Shown here in pieces: positions 36,775-45,358 of a stretch of DNA of 45,358 bases. Made by a program: the position numbers and the translations under genes. How positions within the stretch are numbered: the stretch's first letter is position 1; each line of letters opens with the position of its first letter. Origin of the DNA: Deinococcaceae bacterium (GTDB lineage: Bacteria > Deinococcota > Deinococci > Deinococcales > Trueperaceae); NCBI GenBank assembly GCA_040256005.1, contig JBDZWC010000007.1:1-45358 (forward strand). Direction: 5' to 3'. The notes beneath the pieces are model-generated. The model was not told where the DNA came from. It saw only the letters and a program-made list of their open reading frames with translations, and did no database searches.

Positions 36775-36863
36775 CGGGTCATGTTATCAACGTCCCCAGC
36801 GGGTCCTACGAGGCATAGGCCACGCCGCCGGGGCCCCCGATCAGGGTGCTGTAAGGTGGTTGC

Positions 36864-39506
36864 ATGCACGCTTCAGGAGCAGCGCCCAGCCGCGCGGCCC
36901 AGCGCCAAAGGGCCGTCCTGCACGTACTTCTGCTCACCTTCCTCGCGGTGGCCGCGCTCGGTGGCCAGGGTCTGGCTGCCCCGCTCACGCTCGTGCAGTC
37001 CCAACAGACACCCGCTGTTCGTCTGAGCGCGTTCACGTACCGGGTCGGAGACACGCTCACCCTGAGCGCCTCCGGCCTCGAGCCGGGCGCGAGCTACGTC
37101 GTATCGCTTCGCAGCCCGGCTGGCGAGGTCAGCGAGCAGGAGGTGCCCAGCGATCAGGGCGGCGCGCTCTCGGTCCGAGCCGTCGTCGACGAGCCTGGCA
37201 CCTGGACGGTCGGCGTCAGCGGGCCGAGGATCGACGCGCGCCTCAACGTCGAGGTGGTCGGCCAGGGCGGCGCTGAAGATCAGCCGGCGCCGCCCGCTCA
37301 GGACGGAGCGGCGGGTGGGCAGGACGACGCCGTGCCGTCTGAAGAGGGTGCCGAACCCGGCGCCGACGACGCGCCCGAGGACGCCGACGCCGCGGCTCCC
37401 CAAGGAGACGAAACCGAGGTGTCGCCGGAGGGCGCGCCGGAGGAGGCAGAACCGCCCGCCGGTCGTGAGGGTGCCGGCGGACTCCCCGGAGAGGTCCAGG
37501 TCCCACCGTCGCAGGCGCGCCAGATCGAGGTCGTGTTGGTCCGAGGCGACGTCGTGGGCAGGCGCAACGACGTGGAGGCGTGGCGGCTGACCTTCCCGTC
37601 AGGCAGCGGGCTCACGGCCGGTCTGCTGGCGCGCGACGAGGTCGTCCTGGTAGGCCATGGTAATCATCTGCTGCAGATCGACAGGCTCACGGGCATGGTC
37701 AGGTCCAGGGACAGGCTGCCGGCACAGATCGAGTCGCTGACCATGGACGGCGACCAACTGTTAGTGACGGTCGCGTACGCCTCCGGCCAGACGGCGCAGC
37801 TCGAGTGGCCGCCAGAGTCGCCCATGGCGTTCGACCCCGACCCCGAGCTGTACGGTTGGCTTCGCGCCGAGGCTGCGGTGCCGGAAGCGTCCACGCGGCT
37901 CGCCCAGGACCCCACCAACCCCTGGCTGTACCTGGCCACGGCGCGGGACCGTCCTGACCAAGCCGAGACGCTGATCCGCGGGGCGTTCGGCCAGGCGCGC
38001 ACGTTCTACGAGTTCGCTCAGTTGGCCGGTGCTCTCGAGAGCGGGCAGCCGCGTCAGGAGGAGCTCGCCGCTCAGGCGATGTACGAGGCGCTGTCGGACT
38101 TCGTGGAGCGCGGCTACCGCGGCTCGCTCCTCTTCGACGAGGAGCTGATCGCCGCCTACGGGTTCCCGCAGGAGCGACTCGCACGCGCACTGGACGAGGG
38201 CGACCGCGAGGCCGCGAGCTTCTGGGCTCCTTGGCTGTACCGGCTGGGCGCCCGCGGCAGCGAACCGAGCCGCCTACTCAACCAGTACGCGGCCACCCTG
38301 GCCGACGCCGGTGAAGCGGACGCCGCCGAGGACTGGCGGGCGCGTGCGGCGGTCGGCGGAGGGAGCGACGCTCAGACCACGCTCGAGCGGGCCGCTGCCG
38401 CGGTCGGAGCTACCGGCTGGTACGGGGTGGTGGCCCTGCTCGTCGCCGTGATCGCGCTGCACCTGACGCTCATCGCCAAGTACTGGCGCGCCCAGACACT
38501 GGTAATGAGGCAGCGCCTGGAGTCGGGTCGCCCCAACGGCCGGCTCGGCCGCGCCTTCGGCCTCAGGTACGCGACGTTCACGGAGAAGCTGGTCGTACTA
38601 CTGCTGTTCGCCGCCATGGTGGCCGTAGCCGCGCTGGCAGGCTGGGTGCGTTCCAGTGACGTGCGTCCCGCCGTACTTGGCTCCGGCTCGCTGGCTACTC
38701 CTACCAGCCGAGCGCTGCTGGCCCAGGCGCCCGAGAACCCGGACCGCGCGTTCGCCCTCGCCTACGCAGCCCAGACGGCCGGCGACCTCGACACGGCTGC
38801 TGCCCTGTACCGGGACCTCTCCGACGACGCCGACGCCATGAACAACCTGGGGGTGATCCGCGGCGACCCGGAGCTGTACCGCCTGGCTCTCGAGCTCGAG
38901 CCGGGGCACCCTGGGGCGGCGTTCAACCTGGGTGAGACGGCGAACCCATCGCGCCTCATGCAGGCCTATCAGCCCCAGGAGCCTCTCCTGGCCGCGCCGG
39001 ACGAGGGTCGCCTGGCCAGGGCCTTCAGCGGTGGGCCGTGGGAGTCGTTGGGCGCCGCGTTCACCAACCCGTTCGAAGCGCTGCGTGGGCTGGGCGTCGA
39101 GCCTGCCTGGCTGTGGACCGTGATCGTGGTGTTGTTCCTGATCTGGGTGGCGTGGACCGTGCTGTCGATCTTCCTTCCCAGGCCTGCGCCGGCTCGGAAC
39201 GCCCCTCGCACCTTCGTGTATCACCTGCTGGCTCTCGTGCTGCCAGGCAGCGGCCTGGCGGACGAGCTGTGGGGCATCCTGTTGTTGGTGCCATGGGCGA
39301 TCTTCGGCATCGACTTCCTGCTCCACCTGGTCCCGCTCGGCGTCCCACCCGGCCTGCCGTACAGCACCGACGTGTTCGCGCTCATCCTCATCTACGTCGT
39401 CAACACCGTGGCGTTCGTCGTCGAGTTCGTCTCCTACCGGCGGCGCATGCGCGACCTGCGTGCCGAGTACCCGGAGGTCGCGGCCGCGTACGGCCTCAGG
39501 CCCTGA
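36864..39506 (+). CDS. Large exported/multi-pass membrane protein with TPR-like repeats
   Basis: Signal peptide, Ig-like N-domain, acidic Pro/Glu linker, helical region, TM pair, AMNNLGVI..YRLALEL.P.H..AAFNLG, several C-terminal TM helices; TAAGGT 6 nt before the ATG. Confidence 0.75.
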   Translation: MHASGAAPSRAAQRQRAVLHVLLLTFLAVAALGGQGLAAPLTLVQSQQTPAVRLSAFTYRVGDTLTLSASGLEPGASYVVSLRSPAGEVSEQEVPSDQGGALSVRAVVDEPGTWTVGVSGPRIDARLNVEVVGQGGAEDQPAPPAQDGAAGGQDDAVPSEEGAEPGADDAPEDADAAAPQGDETEVSPEGAPEEAEPPAGREGAGGLPGEVQVPPSQARQIEVVLVRGDVVGRRNDVEAWRLTFPSGSGLTAGLLARDEVVLVGHGNHLLQIDRLTGMVRSRDRLPAQIESLTMDGDQLLVTVAYASGQTAQLEWPPESPMAFDPDPELYGWLRAEAAVPEASTRLAQDPTNPWLYLATARDRPDQAETLIRGAFGQARTFYEFAQLAGALESGQPRQEELAAQAMYEALSDFVERGYRGSLLFDEELIAAYGFPQERLARALDEGDREAASFWAPWLYRLGARGSEPSRLLNQYAATLADAGEADAAEDWRARAAVGGGSDAQTTLERAAAAVGATGWYGVVALLVAVIALHLTLIAKYWRAQTLVMRQRLESGRPNGRLGRAFGLRYATFTEKLVVLLLFAAMVAVAALAGWVRSSDVRPAVLGSGSLATPTSRALLAQAPENPDRAFALAYAAQTAGDLDTAAALYRDLSDDADAMNNLGVIRGDPELYRLALELEPGHPGAAFNLGETANPSRLMQAYQPQEPLLAAPDEGRLARAFSGGPWESLGAAFTNPFEALRGLGVEPAWLWTVIVVLFLIWVAWTVLSIFLPRPAPARNAPRTFVYHLLALVLPGSGLADELWGILLLVPWAIFGIDFLLHLVPLGVPPGLPYSTDVFALILIYVVNTVAFVVEFVSYRRRMRDLRAEYPEVAAAYGLRP

Positions 39507-39538
39507 GCGGGGCGCGTTCCACTCGCTTCCTCCGGTCC

Positions 39539-40432
39539 GTGGCCGCTGGGGGCTACTGGCTCGTGCTCGCGGCCGCCGTGCTGTGGGCGCTGCTGGGCGT
39601 GTTCTCGCAGCGCCTGCTGGCCGCTGGCGTGCCCGCCAGCGAGGTCGCGTTCTGGAGGGCGACGCTGGCGTCGCCCCTGTTCATCGCCCACGCGGCCGCG
39701 GCGCGGTCCCTGTCACTGGCCGCCAGGCACTTGCCAGCCTTCATCGCGTTCGCCCTCGTGGGCGTGACGCTGTTCTACGCCAGCCTGAACCTGGCGATCG
39801 GCGCCGGCGGCGTGAGCCTGGCCTTCGTGCTGCTGTACACGGCTCCCGCCTTCGTGGCGGTCCTCGCGGCGGCGCTGCTGGGCGAGCGCCTCACCGGCGG
39901 CAAGGCGCTCCTGGTGGCGCTGTCGATCGCCGGCGTGGCCCTGGTGAGCACGGCGGGCGGAGAGGGGGTGAGGCCGACCCCAACGGCGATCGCCTGGGGG
40001 CTCACCTCCGGCCTCTCGTACGCCAGCTACTACCTGTTCGGGAAGTGGGCTCTGAGGCGTTACCGCCCGGTGACGATCTTCGCCTACGTCATGCCCCTGG
40101 GCGCGCTGGGTCTGTTGCCGTTCGTCGGCTTCGAGGTGTTGAGCGTCTCCAGTCGCGCCATCTGGCTCGACCTCGTGCTCATGGGAGTCCTGTCCACCTA
40201 CCTCGCGTACTACGCCTACTACTCCGGCCTTCGCACCGTGGAGGCCAGTCGGGCCGTGCTCGTCGCGACGGTGGAGCCACTGCTGGCCGCGGTGCTGGCG
40301 GCGCTTTTATTCGGTGAGCGGCTGGGTCCCACCGGGATACTGGGCGGCGCGCTGGTGCTCGTGGCGGCGACCTTGGCGTCGACGCGACGCGCGACCGGAC
40401 GCCGCCAGGAGCCCGAGCCAGATGTCTTGTAG
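39539..40432 (+). CDS. EamA/DMT family transporter
   Basis: LAAAVLWA, EVAFWR, LLYTAPAFV, LLGERL, TVEPLLA, LLFGERL. Start is GTG 39539 or CTG 39503 (overlapping the upstream stop). Confidence 0.88.
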   Translation: MAAGGYWLVLAAAVLWALLGVFSQRLLAAGVPASEVAFWRATLASPLFIAHAAAARSLSLAARHLPAFIAFALVGVTLFYASLNLAIGAGGVSLAFVLLYTAPAFVAVLAAALLGERLTGGKALLVALSIAGVALVSTAGGEGVRPTPTAIAWGLTSGLSYASYYLFGKWALRRYRPVTIFAYVMPLGALGLLPFVGFEVLSVSSRAIWLDLVLMGVLSTYLAYYAYYSGLRTVEASRAVLVATVEPLLAAVLAALLFGERLGPTGILGGALVLVAATLASTRRATGRRQEPEPDVL

Positions 40433-40447
40433 CGTCCACCGCCTTGG

Positions 40448-40493
40448 TGTTAGGCTTGTATTCTTATCCAGCCCGAGTGCATAAAACTCGGCT
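40448..40493 (+). promoter_or_regulatory. argG promoter (TG-T-TAGGCT) with two tandem ARG boxes (ArgR operator)
   Basis: ctTGTATTCTTATCCAgc (40455-40472) and agTGCATAAAACTCGGct (40476-40493), 3 bp apart; AT-rich patch directly before argG. Confidence 0.7.
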
Positions 40494-40513
40494 GACCAAG
40501 GGGACGCGCAGGC

Positions 40514-41788
<1,275 letters not shown>

Positions 41789-41789
41789 G

Positions 41790-42263
41790 TTGCCAACAGC
41801 GGCGCTCTGGCCGCATGGCGCGGGCGTGCAGCAGCCCGCCGTCAGGCTGAAGGTGGCGACGGCCGCTGACGCGGCCAGGCTGGCGGAGCTGTACTCGGCT
41901 TCGGGCTCCCGGCTCAGCGTCGAGGACGCCCAGGCCTGGCTCGTGAAGGGCGGCGCGCTCATCGTCGAGCGCGAACGCGGGCCCGTACTGGCCGCCGTGA
42001 GGTGGCGCCCCGAACCTGGCGGCTGGAGCGTAGAGCGCGTCACCACGAGGCCGGAGGAGCGCGGCAACGGCTACGGCCGCTGGCTCATGACCAAGCTCGA
42101 GGCGCTCGCGATCCGCGGGAACGTGCCCAGCCTGACGTTGGAGCTCGAGGAGCCGGAGCTCCTCCCCTACTACCAGCGCATGGGCTACAGGTCGGAGCCG
42201 GCCACGCCGCTCTGGTTATCCAAGCGGGTCGGCGGCGTTTGGCAACGTCAGGTGGGGCCGTGA
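41790..42263 (+). CDS. GNAT family N-acetyltransferase
   Basis: Acetyl-CoA motif RPEERGNGYGRWLM and YYQRMGY; lies between argG and argH. Start uncertain (TTG 41790 or GTG 41826). Confidence 0.8.
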   Translation: MPTAALWPHGAGVQQPAVRLKVATAADAARLAELYSASGSRLSVEDAQAWLVKGGALIVERERGPVLAAVRWRPEPGGWSVERVTTRPEERGNGYGRWLMTKLEALAIRGNVPSLTLELEEPELLPYYQRMGYRSEPATPLWLSKRVGGVWQRQVGP

Positions 42264-43657
42264 CCGACGAGCGGCGGTCGCCCATGTGGGGCGGGCGCTT
42301 CGCCGAGGGTATGGACGAGCTGGTGAAGCGCGTCAACGCGTCCATCGGCGTCGACGCCGCCATGGCCGAGGAGGATATCCGCGGCTCGCTGGCTCACGCC
42401 CGCATGCTCACGGAGCAGGGGATCCTCACGGCCGCGGAGGGCGAAGCGATCCTGCAGGGTCTGGAAGGGTTGCTGGAAGACCTGCAGGCCGGCCGGCTCG
42501 AGTTCACGGCCGAGCACGAGGACGTCCACATGAACCTCGAGCACCTGCTGACCCAGCGCATCGGCGCCGTGGGGGGGAAGCTCCACACCGCCAGGAGCCG
42601 CAACGACCAGGTCGCGACGGACATGCGGCTGCACGTCAAGCGCCGGGTCGGTGCGCTCGTCGAACTGATCGGCGACCTACGCCGCGTGCTCGCGGAGCTG
42701 GCCGATCAGAACCTGGACGTGGTCATGCCTGGCTACACGCACCTGCAGGTGGCACAGCCGGTACTGCTGTCCCACCATCTGCTCGCCTACCAGGAGATGC
42801 TGCGTCGGGACCAGGGCAGGCTGAACGACGCGGTGGCGCGCCTCGACGAGTCACCGCTGGGGGCCGGGGCGCTGGCGGGCACCACCTTCCCCATCGACCG
42901 GCACCGTACGGCAGAACTGCTCGGCTTCGCGCGCGCGGCCGCCAACTCGCTCGACGCCGTCTCCGACCGCGACTTCGTCATCGAGGTCGTTTCCGCCTTG
43001 GCGATCGTGATGATGCACCTGTCCAGGCTCAGCGAGGAGCTCATCCTCTGGTCTTCCCAGGAGTTCGGTTTCGTCACGCTGCCCGATGCGTACACGACGG
43101 GCAGCTCCATGATGCCCCAGAAGAAGAACCCCGACGTCTGCGAGCTCGTGCGCGGCAAGACCGGGCGCGTCTACGGTGCGCTGATGGGCATCCTCACGGT
43201 GATGAAGGGGCTGCCCCTCGCCTACAACAAGGACATGCAGGAGGACAAGCACGGCCTCTTCGACGCCCTGGACACCGCCGAGGACTCCCTGCGACTGTAC
43301 GTGGGCATGCTTCCGCGAGCGCGGTTCCATGCGCGGCGCATGCGCGCCGCGGCCGAGGGAGGCTTCTCGAACGCCACCGACCTCGCCGACTATCTCGTGG
43401 GCAAGGGCGTCCCGTTCAGGGAGGCGCACCACGTCGTGGGCCGGTTGGTGGCGCTGGCGATCGAGCGGGGCATCGGCCTCGCCGACCTCCCGTTGTCTGA
43501 GATGCGGTCCGTGGACGAGAGGATCGGCGAGGACGTGTTCGTCGCCCTGGAACTCGACCAGGTAGTGGACGCCCGCGCCAGCTACGGCGGCACCGCCAGG
43601 CAGAGCGTGGCGGAGGCCGTGATCGCGGCCAAGAAGGAGTTCGAACGTGGCGCTTGA
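42260..43657 (+). CDS. argH: Argininosuccinate lyase
   Basis: MWGGRF, EDVHMNLE, ARSRNDQVATD, MPGYTHLQVAQP, GSSMMPQKKNPD, LAYNKDMQEDK; GTG in GTGA overlap. Confidence 0.97.
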   Translation: MTDERRSPMWGGRFAEGMDELVKRVNASIGVDAAMAEEDIRGSLAHARMLTEQGILTAAEGEAILQGLEGLLEDLQAGRLEFTAEHEDVHMNLEHLLTQRIGAVGGKLHTARSRNDQVATDMRLHVKRRVGALVELIGDLRRVLAELADQNLDVVMPGYTHLQVAQPVLLSHHLLAYQEMLRRDQGRLNDAVARLDESPLGAGALAGTTFPIDRHRTAELLGFARAAANSLDAVSDRDFVIEVVSALAIVMMHLSRLSEELILWSSQEFGFVTLPDAYTTGSSMMPQKKNPDVCELVRGKTGRVYGALMGILTVMKGLPLAYNKDMQEDKHGLFDALDTAEDSLRLYVGMLPRARFHARRMRAAAEGGFSNATDLADYLVGKGVPFREAHHVVGRLVALAIERGIGLADLPLSEMRSVDERIGEDVFVALELDQVVDARASYGGTARQSVAEAVIAAKKEFERGA

Positions 43658-44222
43658 GACCCTCACGCCGCCCACCCAGAGCCTGGCGGTCTCCGTCAGA
43701 CCGGCCCGGTCGGAGGACGTACCGCTCATCTTCGAGAACATCGGCTACTGGGCCAGTCAGGGCCGCATGCTGGTGCGTCCCATGCAGAACATCTTCGAGA
43801 ACTTGCGCGACTTCTTCGTCGCCGAGGTGGAGACCGCGGAGGGCAAGCGCTTCGCCGGCAACGGGGCGCTTCACATCCTGTGGGGCGACATCGCCGAGGT
43901 CAGGGGCCTGGCGGTCGCACCCGACGTGCGTGCCAGCGGCGTGGGCCGGGCGCTCGTCGGCGCTTGCGAGCAGGAGGCGAGGCGCGTGGGCATCCCGGTG
44001 CTCTTCGCCTGGACCTACGAGGTGGAGTTCTTCGAGCGGTGCGGTTTCACGCTCATCGACAAGACCCGCGACCTGCACCCGCGCGTCTGGTCCGAGTGCC
44101 TGCGCTGCCCCTTCTACGTGGGCTGCAACGAGAACGGCGTCGTGAAGCGCCTAGATGGCGTGCCCATGCCGGTGAACCTGCCCGAGCCGCCACCGGCGCA
44201 GGTCCCGCCTGGCATCCGCTGA
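43647..44222 (+). CDS. argA: Short GNAT-type N-acetylglutamate synthase (ArgA-like)
   Basis: IFENLRDFFVAE, ALHILWGDIAEVRGLAV, FFERCGF, VWSECLRCP...CNE; follows argH with an AAGGAG SD. Confidence 0.75.
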   Translation: MALETLTPPTQSLAVSVRPARSEDVPLIFENIGYWASQGRMLVRPMQNIFENLRDFFVAEVETAEGKRFAGNGALHILWGDIAEVRGLAVAPDVRASGVGRALVGACEQEARRVGIPVLFAWTYEVEFFERCGFTLIDKTRDLHPRVWSECLRCPFYVGCNENGVVKRLDGVPMPVNLPEPPPAQVPPGIR

Positions 44223-44281
44223 TCGCGGCGACTTGGCGGCACGCGCTCGGCAGGTAGGGTAGCCGGGCGATACTCGGGCAT

Positions 44282-45301
44282 ATGGCAGTCAAGAGGGTTC
44301 TGCTCGCGCACGCCGGCGGCACCATCGGCATGCGGCGGGGCGATGCGGGGTACGAGCCAGCACCAGGTCACCTGGCCGAACTGTTGCACGGCATGCCGCA
44401 GTTGGCCTCGCCGGAGTTGCCCGCGACCGAACTGTACGAGTCCGAGCCACTGCTCGACTCCGCTGACATGTCGCCTCGGGACTGGCTGGCGATCGCGAGG
44501 CTCATAGAAGAGCGCTACGACGAGTTCGACGGCTTCGTCGTCCTGCATGGGACCGACACGCTCGCCTACACGTCGTCGGCCCTGTCGTTCCTGCTCGAGG
44601 GCCTGGGCAAGCCGGTGGTCGTGACGGGATCGCAGCTGCCGCTGGGCGTGCTCCGGACGGACGCGACCGAGAACCTGTTGGGCGCGCTACTGCTGGCTGC
44701 AGCGGACGACCTGCACGAGGTCGTCGTCTGCTTCGGCGGGTCTGTGCTGCGCGGTAACCGCGCCACCAAGGTCTCCTCCACCGGCTTCGACGCGTTCGAG
44801 TCTCCCAACGAGCCCCACATCGCCAGCCTGGGCGTCAACCTCGAGGCTGGGCCGGCCACCCGCCTGCCTCCCGGCACGGGTCCGCTCCGCGTGGCTCAGC
44901 TGGAGGAGGTCAGCGTGGCGGCCCTGCGCCTCTTCCCCGGCATATGGGCGAGCCTAGTGGAGAACGTGCTGAGGGCGCCGTTGGCCGGACTCGTGCTCGA
45001 GACGTTCGGGTCCGGCAACGCACCGTCGCGGGACCCTGCGCTGCTGAGGGCGCTGGCCTCCGCGAGCGAACGCGGCGTCGTGATCGTCAACACCACTCAG
45101 TGCCTGCGTGGCGCCGTGGACATGCGCGGCTACGCCACTGGATCGGCCCTGGCCGCGGCGGGTGTCGTCTCGGGGGGCGACATGACCCAGGAGGCGGCGC
45201 TCGCCAAGCTCATCTGGCTCCTCGGTCGGGGCCTGGAGCCGCAGCGGGTAAGGGACCTCGTCCGGGCCAACCTGCGAGGCGAGCTCACCGATGCGGCCTG
45301 A
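44282..45301 (+). CDS. ansA: Type I (cytoplasmic) L-asparaginase
   Basis: AGGTIGM, LLDSADM, HGTDTLAY, VTGSQ, RGNRATK, FGSGNAP, DMTQEAALAKL. Confidence 0.93.
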   Translation: MAVKRVLLAHAGGTIGMRRGDAGYEPAPGHLAELLHGMPQLASPELPATELYESEPLLDSADMSPRDWLAIARLIEERYDEFDGFVVLHGTDTLAYTSSALSFLLEGLGKPVVVTGSQLPLGVLRTDATENLLGALLLAAADDLHEVVVCFGGSVLRGNRATKVSSTGFDAFESPNEPHIASLGVNLEAGPATRLPPGTGPLRVAQLEEVSVAALRLFPGIWASLVENVLRAPLAGLVLETFGSGNAPSRDPALLRALASASERGVVIVNTTQCLRGAVDMRGYATGSALAAAGVVSGGDMTQEAALAKLIWLLGRGLEPQRVRDLVRANLRGELTDAA

Positions 45302-45358
45302 CCGCCGGCGCCTGCTGGGCTGGGTTGGCGCCTTCCTGTGGTGCGCGCTGATCTTCTG
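45291..45358 (+). CDS. N-terminus of a membrane protein, possibly VanZ-like, truncated by the window edge
   Basis: ATG overlapping the ansA end; MRPDRRRLLGWVGAFLWCALIF. Only 22 codons are visible. Confidence 0.4.
   Translation, partial: MRPDRRRLLGWVGAFLWCALIF

Overview
GC-rich chromosomal window, almost entirely coding, most consistent with Deinococcota (Trueperaceae-like). This rests on the long HflX N-terminus, the bL28 type, the Rad52-like/phosphoesterase pair, the arg cluster with embedded GNATs and pervasive TANNNT leaderless promoters; no database search was run. About 42 mostly housekeeping genes: thiolase (partial), hflX, UbiD/MqnL decarboxylase, Zn-type ABC ATPase and permease, rpmB, azlCD, pyrE, HIT, aldo/keto reductase, nnr, thrB, tsaD, DUF692 protein, NTP transferase, PEGA protein, LolA-like protein, fumC, G8 lipoprotein, esterases, PatB/MalY, purC-purS fusion, purB, gyrA, nucleoside hydrolase, ftsE, APH(6)-like kinase, metallophosphoesterase, Rad52-like protein, TPR membrane protein, EamA, argG-GNAT-argH-argA and ansA. 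No rRNA, tRNA, cas, integrase or transposase genes were seen. Most notable: (1) a 5 x 55-bp alternating tandem array with covarying hairpins at 19832-20119; (2) a PurC-PurS fusion with a 12-His linker; (3) hflX apparently starting at ATA and nnr at CTG; (4) an orphan DUF692 iron enzyme coupled to tsaD; (5) a degenerate Rad52/DdrA-like gene with a phosphoesterase partner; (6) a truncated, frameshifted Ig-domain pseudogene creating a false 801-aa pyrE fusion; (7) about 18 leaderless genes; (8) candidate ArgR and Zur/Fur operators.
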